Part shown: piece after piece, positions 18,510 through 30,100 of the stretch
How the letters are laid out: every line of letters begins with the position of its first letter
How positions within the stretch are numbered: the first letter of the stretch is position 1
From: a virus
DNA: 64,000 nt
IMG/VR virus record: IMGVR_UViG_3300042448_000646
Coordinates: 32,001-96,000 of that record
Strand: one strand, 5' to 3'
Translations under genes and position numbers: made by a program
The notes under the pieces: model-generated
What the model was told of the DNA's origin: nothing
Seen by the model: only the letters and a program-made list of their open reading frames with translations
The model's database searches: none

Positions 18510-20219
18510 ATGGCTATCTCAGCACAACATACACAATTTGTAACTAGTCCTTACGTAAACGCACTCCCCGCAGAAGACCTTATTAAGGTTGCTCTGAAAA
18601 AACAGGAGATGTATGATGAAGGGAAAAAACAAATTAAACAGAACTTAGATAACTATGGAAAGTTACGTAGTAATATCATTAACGAGAACGAACGGAACTA
18701 TTTTGACCAAGAGTTAAATAAAATGGTAAAGAACGTTCAGCAAAATGCTGGCTTAGACTTTTCTAACATGTCAAATGTAGAAGCTGTAATCAACTTAGGT
18801 AAGCCTTTTGAGAATGATAACTACATTAGAACTGCTCTTGACAACGGAGCAGAGTATCAACGTCGTCAGAAAGAATTAGCATCTGTACCTAAAGACAAAA
18901 GGAATGCAGATAATGATTTAGTTTATATGTACGATATCCAAAAGCACATTGAAGGTGGAGGACTTGGGCAAAAGTTACAAAAAAATGCAAGTTACACTCA
19001 GTATGTTGATATCAAAAAGAAGTTAGCAGATATTGAAAAAGATGTACAAGGGGAGATGTCTACTGTCTATCGTCAAGGACCTGCAGGATACATTGAGAAA
19101 GTAGACATAGAAAGAAAAACTAGAGAGCAGATTGCTGCTCGTATTTCTCAAAGTCTTACACCAGACGAACAAGCGCAGATTCAAGTGCATGCACAAGCTC
19201 AAATGTATCGTATGGGTAGTGATGTTGTTTATCAAACATGGGTAGGAGCAAACAAAGAAGAGGCATTAATGGCTGACCAAGAATCAAAGAAAGCAATGTA
19301 TGCTTTAGGAGATTTAAGGAAGATTAAGAATCCAACAGCTCAACAACTTGCAGATATGCAAAATGCTGAAAGAGTTATTAAAGAAGCTCAAGATATTAAA
19401 GCTGCTACTAGAGCTAATATTGACATGGATCCTGATGAGTTTGACATGGGCGAGTATCTTCCTTTCTTTACCAATAGATTCATTTCTGGTATTGCAGGAA
19501 ACCAAGTTAAAGAAGTAATTAAGACTGACTTAAAAGAAGACAAAGTCTACTTAAAGAATATGGAGCATCGTCAAACTATGTCAGAGATATATGCAAGAGG
19601 TGCTGAGGATAGAAAAAATGCTCAGTTTGAAAATGAACTCGAATACATAACACAAAGTGGAGCATCTACCAATCTTCTTAAAGGTATTAGTAAAGTAGTA
19701 ACTAACGTTACTGGAGCTACTGGATCCGATAAAGTAAATAGTATGATTGCTCAAGTTAGAGATAATGCTAAATTAGGTGCTACTGTTAAAGATAGAATGA
19801 CAAGTCAGTTAGAAACTTTAAAAAGAACTTATGAATATGCTGAAGCTAATAAAGATAAAGGATATGTGGTTAGCATCAATCGTAGTCTAGGTAATGGTTA
19901 TGTCACTAGTGTAGAAGATTTCTTATCGTCTGATCCTGTTCAACTTATTGAAAGTGGGGTTGCTAATTCTATCGAAGTACGTGCTAAGACAGCAGGTGGT
20001 AAGTCAGGCAGTAAGACTCCTGAACAAATAGAAGCTGAAGAAGGTGCAAAGACAAGAGGAGACTTAAATGCAAAAGCTAAATTCTTTGAAACCAACCCAG
20101 AGTTAGGTAAAATGCTTTTTGGTAAAACTGGTACTGCTAGTGGAGGAAGTGATAAACCACTGACTGCAGAAGACTTAAAGAACGCAGCTGAAGCAATTAA
20201 AAAGAAAAACGACGGATAA
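18510..20219 (+). CDS. Virion cargo/ejection protein
   Basis: 569 aa, no Cys, helical; N-terminal PYVNALPAE motif; directly precedes the giant cargo genes. Confidence 0.6.
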   Translation: MAISAQHTQFVTSPYVNALPAEDLIKVALKKQEMYDEGKKQIKQNLDNYGKLRSNIINENERNYFDQELNKMVKNVQQNAGLDFSNMSNVEAVINLGKPFENDNYIRTALDNGAEYQRRQKELASVPKDKRNADNDLVYMYDIQKHIEGGGLGQKLQKNASYTQYVDIKKKLADIEKDVQGEMSTVYRQGPAGYIEKVDIERKTREQIAARISQSLTPDEQAQIQVHAQAQMYRMGSDVVYQTWVGANKEEALMADQESKKAMYALGDLRKIKNPTAQQLADMQNAERVIKEAQDIKAATRANIDMDPDEFDMGEYLPFFTNRFISGIAGNQVKEVIKTDLKEDKVYLKNMEHRQTMSEIYARGAEDRKNAQFENELEYITQSGASTNLLKGISKVVTNVTGATGSDKVNSMIAQVRDNAKLGATVKDRMTSQLETLKRTYEYAEANKDKGYVVSINRSLGNGYVTSVEDFLSSDPVQLIESGVANSIEVRAKTAGGKSGSKTPEQIEAEEGAKTRGDLNAKAKFFETNPELGKMLFGKTGTASGGSDKPLTAEDLKNAAEAIKKKNDG

Positions 20220-23200
20220 TGATTTCTCCAGGAACTATACGAGCAGCATCTTTAGTTAGTAAGGGTGTCTCTCCCGAAGCGGCTTTAAGAACTGCTAATA
20301 ATATTGACATCTATACTGAAAATAGAAGAAGTTTTTTGGCTTCTAATCCTAGCACAACTACAGTTACTCCTAATATAAGTATTAATGGTAGTAGTACTAG
20401 TGGAGTTCCAAGTACAGTAGTAAATACTCCAACACCTAGCCCAATGGCCAAAGGAGTATCTCTAGGTAACATAAACTCTTCTCTTAGTAACGTAGCAGTT
20501 AAGGCTAGTAAAGATTTTACAAAAGACGAAGCAGATGCAATAAGTAAATTAGCAGCTAGTGTAGAAAATCCTATTAAAAAGAAAGCAATTGTTTTTGGAG
20601 ACCCTACAGCTTTAATAGATGATCAAGCAACTTCTGAGGGGTTAGCTAAACTTAGCCCTAAACAATTAGGACAACTAGGAGCAAATCTTCAATCTACTTT
20701 ACACCAGAATTACATTGACAATCTTCCTAATGCTTCAAGTAAAATTAATTTTGTTCCTGATCAATACAAGAATAAGAATTACGAGAAAGAATTAATTAAG
20801 AGTTTAGATAAGTTATACATTGACTATAACAGTGGTTTGATGGATTCTCCTACAGTTGCAGGTTTGATGAAGGCAGAACACACTAAAAGATTAAGTAGTT
20901 ACCAAGGACTTGTAAAAGGGTTTACAACTTCAAAAGATTTTAATGGGCTATCAAAGAGCTATGAAGGTTTAATTAGTGAACTAGATCTTCAAGATAAAAA
21001 TGCCACTGATGAATTTGAGAATGCACAAAGACAATACAATCGAGGTAAGTCAGATATAAAACAAACTTCTTTAACTGTTGGGCAAGGTTCTCAAGATTAC
21101 CAAAGAAACAAGAATAAATACAAAGCATTAAAAGAAGAACTATCTAGCGTATATAATAAACGAGCTAATGCTATGTTAGCTAATGAAGTTTTAGACGTAA
21201 TTGATACTAGATATAAAGAAGCTTCAAAGGTTAATCCACAGTTATCTAAAGAAAAGTTTTTTGAGCAACAGCAAAAACAATATGGATTAGATAAGAGTGC
21301 ATTTGGACTTGGTCAGATATTAGTAGAGTCAGGAAGATTTGAAAGCTACCAAGATTATATTCGTTTCACTAATCCTACTAAATATTCTAAAAAGTCAACT
21401 GCATCAGGAAGAGAACAAGGGTTTACATTAGAAGACCCTTTTGTAAAAAATAACACAGAGGCCTTAGACCTTAGTAGATCTTACGAAGGTATGTCTAAAG
21501 TGCAAGGCTATGACCAAACTAGAAATAGAGAAACAGGTAACTATAAATATAACGATACTAAAGATGATCTTATTTTTAGCGGTATTAAGTTTGCTCAATC
21601 AATTTCAGAAGAACTAGACAATAGAACTATTAAGTCAATTAAAGAACGTGAGCAATTAAAATTAAATTACAATAAAAAAGAAATGCTGGGTACGTCTACT
21701 AAAGAAGACAAACAGCAATACGAAACTCGACTAGCAGAGTTAGATAGTCAAGTAGAGTATAGTGATACTTTTAGCAAAACAATTCCAGAAGTATACAAGT
21801 ACGATAAGATAAAAAACAATGAGCTGATAAAAAGTTTTGCGGAAGATCGTAGATTGTTTTTAGATAAACAAAAAAATTGGAATGACTTAAAGAATGCTCC
21901 CGTACAAACTGCTTGGTATGAAGATGTAGCCTTAAGTATGATGGTTGGAAACTTTAGTACAACTCAAACAGGAGCTTATTGGAATGAACTTGGTAATCGA
22001 GTATGGGGGAAATCACTTGGTATGGGTGCTGACATTGCAAAGTTTACTGACCAAACATTATTAAATGAAACGTTAGGAGTTCCTAAGAGTGCTAGTTATA
22101 ACGATAGAAACCAATTCTATAATTATATGAGGCAACGTTTAGATGTTCCTGAAGTAATTGATGAACGGGCAAGTTTAATGGCAGGCAAGCCCATTAGAAG
22201 TACAACAATCTTTTGGACAGATCCAGCAGCAAGTTGGTACAATCCTACGGGTTGGAATTTTAGTTGGAAAGGTACTTTAATGACAGGAGCTGAAACCTTA
22301 CCACAACTATATGCTTTCTCAGGAGCAGGTAGAATAGCACAGAATTTAGGAGGAGGTTTTTTAAAAGCTGGATTAACTAGCGGGATTACTGCTTCATTAC
22401 TAGGGGAAGCTAATGCTGCTAGGTTTGCATTGACCTTACAAAAGACAGGAAATACAGCTGCTGCTTGGAGTAATACATTTAGAAACAGTAACAATGTTTT
22501 TTTAAAAGAAGCATTGGCAGATCGTATTCCTTCTGCTTTAGGTATGGCTACAGTAATGTATCCAGAACAATATAATAGAACTTTAGAAAGATTAGAAATG
22601 CAAGGGGTTAAAAATGCACGTAGCATTGCAACCAATGTAGCTTTGCTAAGTACAGGTATTGAACTTATTGCTGAGAATATTATTCCTAACATTAGATACC
22701 TAGATGACTTTGCTGAAAAAGGAACTGGGTTTAAAAGTCTTTTAGGAAAAGCAGGAGCAAAAAGTTGGATAGGTAACTTTGACCAATACCGTGCATTGTA
22801 CTCTGGAGTACTTGGAGATAAGTTTTCAGAGAAGTCAATTAATTATTTAGCTCGTAACTCTGCAGAACTCTTTGGTAAAGTAGGAGCAGCAGGTAGATTC
22901 TATGCGTCACGTGGGGCAGAGGAAGGTACAGAAGAAGTATTTTCAGAACTTGTTAATGGTGTAATTGATGCTAAGACTAGTTATGCTAATTACAGACAGG
23001 AAGCCCCCAATGAATTAAGTTTTGATAGTATTGTAAATGCTTTTGCTGGAGGATTCTTTGTTCCTTCTGCAGGTGCTAGTAATCAGATGAAAATATACAC
23101 TGAGAATAAAAAATATTCTGCAATGTATGACATGATGATTAACTCGGATTACTACAAGAACAAAATCAATACAGCATTCAAAGCAGGTGAGATTAATCAG

Positions 23201-26200
23201 GAACAGGCTACTAACATGTTAAGTAGGATTCAAGATTTAGTTTCAGTTGCAGATGAGTTTGGTGTACAAAATTTAAAGAGACGCCCTGATGCTGCTAAAT
23301 TTACTGCTGACTTAGTTAATGATGAGGATAAACAGTTTGATTATTTTAAACAAGTACTTAAGGTAAGAGGTATTGAAGAAAAGTTTGGTAAGGACAATGC
23401 TGTTATAAAAGATGAAGAACGCAATGCATTACTTGCTGAGTCTGGAGAAGCGACTAAAAGAATTGATAAGTATAAAAGACAAGTGTCAGTATTTGAGAGT
23501 ATGTCTGATGATCAAAAGACTCAGATAGTCAATGACACTATTGCAGCTAAAGTTCAGACTGCTAAGTTTTCATCTACTACACAAATATTATCTGAGTCTA
23601 TCGAGAACGCAGACAATCAACTTGCACGTGCTATTCAACAGAAAGCTCCAGAGACTCGCATTAGTGCTCTAAAAGAATATCGTAATGCTTTAATACAAGT
23701 TTCTGAAGATAGAGCATCTGGAAAACAAATTGCTTTAGATAGAGGAACTTATAATCCCGTTATCAATGCTGTCACTTCTACAGGAGAAGCAGCGCCTTTA
23801 GATTTGTCAGAAGTAAGGACGGGAGAAGATGCTATAGATGTAGTAGTACAATCCATGTTAGATCCTGAAAATGGTATGGATATGTATTATCATATTACAG
23901 GACAAACCCAACAAAGTTTAGAGCAAGTAAAACAAGATAAAGAAAATCTTATTGATAATTTCTTAGATTACTTAGAGCAAACTGAAGGAGGAGCTACTGT
24001 TGATAATACAAGAGAAAGTACAACTACTACTGCTGATAGCGCTGCAGAGAGAGTTAAGTATAAAACTATTTCAGATTTGAACGATTCTCAAAAAGATATG
24101 TTTGAGGATTTAGCAGAAAGAATAGACGATGAACTGTCTGACCTACAAACAAAAGTAGAAAAGTATGATTCTGTTTTAACTCAAGTTTTACAGCATGGGG
24201 CTCTCAATGCGAATATGTCACTAGAACAACAAGAGAAGTTTAGTGATCTTATATTTAAAAAGTTTGCAGCAGTTAAAAAAGTTGGGTTTAAGACTAGCCA
24301 AGATAGAGGTTCAGAATTATTTGACCTACAAGATTTTGGTTTATACTTAGGAAGAAATCAAAAAGAAATTGAGAAAGCATCAAATGAGATTGATGCCGCA
24401 GTTAAGAAAGAAGAAAATGCCCAACAAATTCAAAGAGAAGAAATATCTTTAGATGGTTTGGGAAATGTAGATGCTATTGAAGAACTAACAGTTCCAGAAC
24501 TTACTCCAGAAGACATTACTGATTCTTTTACTAGTAACTTAAGTCTACTAGAAAGTATAGTAGAGCAGCAACAAGTAGAAGTTGTAGAGAATCAAATTAC
24601 AGGAGAAGTAGATACTTTGGTTGATTTGCCTAAAGAACGTTCTAGAATCATTAGTGCTTTAATAACAGAGATGGCAATGAATCCTGATATCAAAGGAGCT
24701 CAAGCTATGATGGCTGCAGTAATGCAAGTCTTAGGTAAATCTAATCAAGAGATTGCAAAGACTTTATCTCAGATGGCAGAGATAGCAGAAAACAAACCAG
24801 TCAATGAATCCGATTATACGCATATGTTTAATCTGTATCAATTGGCTCGTATGACTGAGAATGTTCCTGCAAGTACTGAAGCAATTGAAAATGCGGCTGA
24901 GGATTTAACTACAGTAGAACCTGTTGTTGTAGATCCGATTATAGAACCTATAGTTGAAGTTATTCCAACACCTGTTGTTACGCCTCCTGCTACAGAGAAT
25001 CAAAAAGATGAGTTAGCAGATAAGACACAAATATCTTCTACTACTCCTATGTTTAGACCTACTAGTAAAAAAGACTCTATTAATCTTGTTAGTTACGAGA
25101 TACAAGAAGCAATTATTTTTGGATTAAACAAAGAGATTAGAGACAAGAAAGATGTAAACACCGCCATAGTAGATTTATTTACTATGATAGATGAAGTTCT
25201 TGGAGAAGAAACTCTTGCAGGTTTAGAAAAAGTTTTTAATGAAGCTGTTAGTTTGGCTGTAGGAGAACAGAAGTTACAAGAGTTACGTGCAGAATTTATG
25301 TCTTTGTTTCCTAACGGATTCTTAAGACAAAGTGTATTGGACTATATGTTTGATCAGATTATTGTTAACAAAGCTGCTCAGTCTGATATTACGGAAAAAG
25401 GAAAAGAAAAACTAGATGCCAGTGATGAAGAACTAATTGCTCTTAACAAAAACAGAGCAGTATCAATTGAGATGGCAGATGGGCGTAAGTTTGCTAAAGT
25501 TAAAGTAGTAAGTAAAGATGGAATATTGTTATATGCAGTAGAGGAAGGGAAGGAAGATGGCAAAACACTTTGGTTAAAAGTAGATAGAACTAAAGACAAA
25601 ATCATTGGACTTAAGTATCCTATCTTAGGAACTAGACCTATTCAATTTACTGACTTAAATGCTTTGTTGTTTACTGTACTTGATAATAATGGCAATGTGC
25701 AGAAGTACGGAGAGGACGGGAACAGAAATGAATCAGGAGATAAATCTCTAGCATTTTATTTGCCTACTGCTAAATATAAAGCAGAACCTACAGAAACGCA
25801 GAAACAGTTTAGCGGGCTAAGACAAAAGATAGTAGCTGGAGACAGAGTAAAAGTAAGTGCTCCTGTAAAAGGTATGTCTGTAAGTAAAGGAGTAGTTACT
25901 ATTGAACAACCTGATGGTTCTACTATAACTAAGAATACAGACTATGCACTTGAGTTTAGTACTGAGAACCTATCTATAAAGGAACAAGCCCCAAGTGAAG
26001 CTACTCAATTTGCTCAAGCTAAAGAAGCAAAAGTTATAAGTGAGAACATCCCACCGACACAAGCAACTACAATTGCTGCTGTTGAGAAAATGATTGCTGA
26101 TTCTAAAAAGATTCCTGATCCAAGTAAAGAAGGTTATCTTATTAATGGTAAACGTTATGAAAGACAATCTAATTTTGTTAAACGAGCCTTAGGAGATACT

Positions 26201-27154
26201 AGTGTTGTTACCGAAGACTCTATTGTTAATATGGAGATGGGAGCAGCTGTAGGTAACTTACTTGATATTATAGGTCGTGATGTACTTGGAGGTAATAAAA
26301 TAAAGTCTTTGTCTGGGTATCTTAAAGAAGCTGAACGTATGGGCAAATCTCTTAAGGGAGGTACTGGGTATAAGATTAACTTTACTCAAGAACAGTTTGA
26401 CGAATTATTAGCAGAACTTACAGAAGTTAAAGAGGAATTAAATGCACAAGGATGGAAGTTGTTTACTGAAGGATTGATTGTACACCGTGAGTTTACTGAA
26501 AAAGAAAAAGAAGAAACTGGCTATGAAGGTGTAGCTGGAGCAATGGATATCTTAGCAGTAGATCCTGAAGGTAAAGTACACATTATTGACTTTAAGAATA
26601 AGAAGTACAGAACTCAAGATAAATTTACAAGTACTCTCTATAGTTCTAAACAGGGGTATCCTTCTAACGTAAGCAAGTGGTCTATTCAACAAACTACCTA
26701 TGCTATCTTAGGAGAGGACTTTGGGCTACCCGTAGATTCAATTAGTATCTTAGCATTTGCATCAGAGTATGCAGAAGCTAATGGCACAGTTACTATAGGT
26801 GGCTTAACTTTAGGTAGTAAGAAAGCAGAAGTACTTGACAAGCATAAGAGTCCTGTGTCAACTAATTTGATTAAACTTGGATTTGATTCTAAGATTATCA
26901 AACACATTAAACTACGTACTGAAAAGCCTTCTAAGACACCAGCTGCTGCACCTACTACTACTGAACCTGTAATTGCAGACCAAACAAACTTAAGTAAGCT
27001 AGAAGAGAATTTACCACAAATAGGTTCAGAAAATGCTGAAAACGTTTTTGATGTATTAAATTTGTTAGGTATAGAAATGGATACATTAGGAGTAATTCTT
27101 CCAACTGAAGGAAGTACTGACCCTGATGCCCTTAACCCACCCCCATGTCAGTAA
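20219..27154 (+). CDS. Giant ejected protein A with C-terminal PD-(D/E)XK nuclease domain
   Basis: 2311 aa; Gly/Ala-rich hydrophobic region and EEGTEEV motif; GVAGAMDILAVD..GKVHIIDFK...WSIQQTTYA nuclease motif near C-terminus. Confidence 0.75.
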   Translation: MISPGTIRAASLVSKGVSPEAALRTANNIDIYTENRRSFLASNPSTTTVTPNISINGSSTSGVPSTVVNTPTPSPMAKGVSLGNINSSLSNVAVKASKDFTKDEADAISKLAASVENPIKKKAIVFGDPTALIDDQATSEGLAKLSPKQLGQLGANLQSTLHQNYIDNLPNASSKINFVPDQYKNKNYEKELIKSLDKLYIDYNSGLMDSPTVAGLMKAEHTKRLSSYQGLVKGFTTSKDFNGLSKSYEGLISELDLQDKNATDEFENAQRQYNRGKSDIKQTSLTVGQGSQDYQRNKNKYKALKEELSSVYNKRANAMLANEVLDVIDTRYKEASKVNPQLSKEKFFEQQQKQYGLDKSAFGLGQILVESGRFESYQDYIRFTNPTKYSKKSTASGREQGFTLEDPFVKNNTEALDLSRSYEGMSKVQGYDQTRNRETGNYKYNDTKDDLIFSGIKFAQSISEELDNRTIKSIKEREQLKLNYNKKEMLGTSTKEDKQQYETRLAELDSQVEYSDTFSKTIPEVYKYDKIKNNELIKSFAEDRRLFLDKQKNWNDLKNAPVQTAWYEDVALSMMVGNFSTTQTGAYWNELGNRVWGKSLGMGADIAKFTDQTLLNETLGVPKSASYNDRNQFYNYMRQRLDVPEVIDERASLMAGKPIRSTTIFWTDPAASWYNPTGWNFSWKGTLMTGAETLPQLYAFSGAGRIAQNLGGGFLKAGLTSGITASLLGEANAARFALTLQKTGNTAAAWSNTFRNSNNVFLKEALADRIPSALGMATVMYPEQYNRTLERLEMQGVKNARSIATNVALLSTGIELIAENIIPNIRYLDDFAEKGTGFKSLLGKAGAKSWIGNFDQYRALYSGVLGDKFSEKSINYLARNSAELFGKVGAAGRFYASRGAEEGTEEVFSELVNGVIDAKTSYANYRQEAPNELSFDSIVNAFAGGFFVPSAGASNQMKIYTENKKYSAMYDMMINSDYYKNKINTAFKAGEINQEQATNMLSRIQDLVSVADEFGVQNLKRRPDAAKFTADLVNDEDKQFDYFKQVLKVRGIEEKFGKDNAVIKDEERNALLAESGEATKRIDKYKRQVSVFESMSDDQKTQIVNDTIAAKVQTAKFSSTTQILSESIENADNQLARAIQQKAPETRISALKEYRNALIQVSEDRASGKQIALDRGTYNPVINAVTSTGEAAPLDLSEVRTGEDAIDVVVQSMLDPENGMDMYYHITGQTQQSLEQVKQDKENLIDNFLDYLEQTEGGATVDNTRESTTTTADSAAERVKYKTISDLNDSQKDMFEDLAERIDDELSDLQTKVEKYDSVLTQVLQHGALNANMSLEQQEKFSDLIFKKFAAVKKVGFKTSQDRGSELFDLQDFGLYLGRNQKEIEKASNEIDAAVKKEENAQQIQREEISLDGLGNVDAIEELTVPELTPEDITDSFTSNLSLLESIVEQQQVEVVENQITGEVDTLVDLPKERSRIISALITEMAMNPDIKGAQAMMAAVMQVLGKSNQEIAKTLSQMAEIAENKPVNESDYTHMFNLYQLARMTENVPASTEAIENAAEDLTTVEPVVVDPIIEPIVEVIPTPVVTPPATENQKDELADKTQISSTTPMFRPTSKKDSINLVSYEIQEAIIFGLNKEIRDKKDVNTAIVDLFTMIDEVLGEETLAGLEKVFNEAVSLAVGEQKLQELRAEFMSLFPNGFLRQSVLDYMFDQIIVNKAAQSDITEKGKEKLDASDEELIALNKNRAVSIEMADGRKFAKVKVVSKDGILLYAVEEGKEDGKTLWLKVDRTKDKIIGLKYPILGTRPIQFTDLNALLFTVLDNNGNVQKYGEDGNRNESGDKSLAFYLPTAKYKAEPTETQKQFSGLRQKIVAGDRVKVSAPVKGMSVSKGVVTIEQPDGSTITKNTDYALEFSTENLSIKEQAPSEATQFAQAKEAKVISENIPPTQATTIAAVEKMIADSKKIPDPSKEGYLINGKRYERQSNFVKRALGDTSVVTEDSIVNMEMGAAVGNLLDIIGRDVLGGNKIKSLSGYLKEAERMGKSLKGGTGYKINFTQEQFDELLAELTEVKEELNAQGWKLFTEGLIVHREFTEKEKEETGYEGVAGAMDILAVDPEGKVHIIDFKNKKYRTQDKFTSTLYSSKQGYPSNVSKWSIQQTTYAILGEDFGLPVDSISILAFASEYAEANGTVTIGGLTLGSKKAEVLDKHKSPVSTNLIKLGFDSKIIKHIKLRTEKPSKTPAAAPTTTEPVIADQTNLSKLEENLPQIGSENAENVFDVLNLLGIEMDTLGVILPTEGSTDPDALNPPPCQ

Positions 27155-27157
27155 AAG

Positions 27158-30100
27158 ATGAACGCCTGTAGTATAAAAGGAACTTCCTACGAAAAAGAGT
27201 ACAGACAGATTTTGTCTGAACCTGCTATGATATTTGTTTGGAATGCAAACAATGAACAACCTTTAGACAAAAAGAAAGTAGGAAATGAGGTAATAGAAAA
27301 TCCTCTCTATACTGCTCTACTAAACCACCCAGTAACAAAAGGAGAAAGACAGAATGCACTTAAGTTAGTAGCACAAAGTTTTTTACCTGCATTTACTAGA
27401 GAGTACACTCCTAACGAAGAGGGCGACTATTCTTTAGAACAGGTGGTAAGTTATATAGAGAAGAGACAGAAGCAAGCACAAGATCAAAGAGAGCAACTTA
27501 AGTCAAGTATTAACTTACCAACTAGTATGGCAATTAATATTCCAGATGGTGTTATTAATGAGACTGCTCGTCAAATATTCTTTTCAGAAGAACAAGGCCA
27601 AGACATCTATGACACACTTCAGTATCTACTAGGAGTAAAGAAGTCATGGGATGGTGTGTACAGTGAGTTAGTAAATCAACGTAATACTATTCTAGGTAGA
27701 GTAAAAGCAGGACAACACTTTTCTGAAGACCCTGAGAGATTAGCATACAATGAAATCCTTGTACAAAACTTCGATAAGATTAAGTCTTGGTACGATTCTA
27801 AAGAAGGTTTAGTAGGAGAGGCAGAACTTGAAAGTCAGTTTGGAGATTCTGAAGATTGGAAATCAAAAGACAAGTCACAAGCTCAAAGGGCATCTTCAGT
27901 TATACTAGGGTTAGTTACTTCACTACCTGCTTATCGTACTGCTATTCCAGGAGAGATAGATTTTGAAACAGGAGAAGAGTATCAAGAAGTTACACAAGTT
28001 CAAGTTCAATCAAATGTAACGGGTCTACCTAAGTCAGGTGACTTTCAAAAGAATTGGAGTTTACTAGGAAGTACATTGTCAGGTATGACTAATTATTCTG
28101 ATATGTATGAAGCTATTGAAAGTTTAGCTAGTAGATATCCTCAGTTTAGTTATTTGTTGAGCAAGATACCAAATGCTAAAATCCCTGGAAGTTTTAAGGA
28201 TATTAGACAATTCTTGCTGGCTAGTGAATTTAAAAGAGTGTTTAGTGTACCTGAAGTTTCTTCTGTAGTAGTAGATGTTACATTAAAAGAAGATGGAAAG
28301 ATTGCTACAACTCAGCAACTAAAAGGGTTTCAACCTGTTAGAAATGCCGTAGCTCTTTATGATTCTCAGTATTTTAGTTATAATCAAAAGTATCTAGTAA
28401 AAGGTCTAGAAGGAAATGAAGTAAATCTAGAAGGAATTCTTGAAGACTTTCAAGCTTTATTTAATGACTTAGGAAGTGCTTTGGCTAAGAAAGTTCCTAT
28501 GCAAAACTTTTTATTCCCTACTCGGGTAGATAAGTTTGTGCAGTTTTTACAATCAGTTGGGTTAGGACTTAACAATCAAGAGTATCTTAAAAGTACTAAC
28601 GTTAACGGGACTAAAGAATTTATACAAGCAAACTTAGATAAGTTAAAAACTCTTTACGAGAAGTTAAAGATTGTTAGTATTGTAAATGAGTATCTAGTAG
28701 ATGATGCTAAGATAAAAGTAGATAAGCCTCTTTCATTTCTTAGAGATACCATTCAAGATATTTATGTATCTAAAGGTAAAGTAAGACCTGACGTAGAAGC
28801 AGCATTAGCACAAGCTTTTGCTGATAATAAGTTACGTTACAAAGGAGGTGTTCCACAAGCTATTGGATACTTAGGTATTAAGAAAACTGAAATTAAACCT
28901 TTTATCACTTTCTTTACTCAGTACGATGCCGAGTTTAGACCAAGTTCTTATATGAACGCAGCGGACAAGAAAAAGTTTGTAAGAGGTCCTTGGTTTTATT
29001 TGACTCAGCAGACAAAAGTAATTAATGCAGTAGGCAGTTACGATGAGTTAATTAACATACCAGGTTTTGAGAGATTTGATTACCGAAAGAACCCAGATAT
29101 TCTAGGGTCACTTTGGTTACAAAGAATGTTTGGATTACCTAGAACTAAGAATGCTATAGAAGCAAGCCCTCTAGCTACTTATGTACGTAAAAAAGATACG
29201 TTAGGTAATCCTATAGAACTTAACATAGCCAACTTTGATGGTATGGAGATTAAGAATTTTGGAGCTAAGTCAGGTAGGACAACTACTGACCAGCATCCAA
29301 ATGATAAAATCTTCCAAGACTTTGCTAGTTTTTTCCAATCTCTTGAGATGGAAAATATACGTTTTGGAGATAAGACATCTGCGTTTACAGTACGTGCTTC
29401 TAATCCAATTCTTTCTGAGAAGATATATGTGGCTTTAAATGCTGCTGAAATGATTACTCCTACAGAAAGAGTAGAGGCAGAGAAAGATTTAACCAATTTA
29501 TTTAATGGATACTTAGCTTCAGAAGCAACAAGAATCATAAAGCTAATAGAAGAAACAGGCAGAGGTACAACGTACGATAGATTAGGTAAGAACCTATTTA
29601 TCTTCAATGATATCCTTCCTGAAGAAACATTAAATAAGTTTAAAAACGCTACATCTAAAGAAGAAGTAATTGCAGCATACACAGAAGCTACATCAATGAT
29701 GTCTTCTGTTTTACAAGATTACTTTGCACAAGAGTCTCAGAAGTTAGTAGACAAGTTACTAGATACCTTTAGTACTTCTGTAAATATTAAAACAGGACAA
29801 GAGGTAACTCAAGCTCAGAGACTAAAGCAAACTGTAGAGAAGTTAAATAAACTTAATCTTATAAGTACTCAGTTATTGCCAAGTGAGCTTAGAGACAATC
29901 CTCCAAAGATTACAGTAGAGAACCTACCGTACCTAGCAGAAATCTATTTAAAGAACGGCTTTGTACATAACGTTGAGTTCTTGAAAATGTTTGTTGGAGA
30001 TTTATCAAATTTTAATAAGACTAATATAGATGCTCGTGAAATATTTAAACGTATTCCTTTCACCTCTTCTCCTGGTAATGTATTCTTTTGGGATGAAGCA

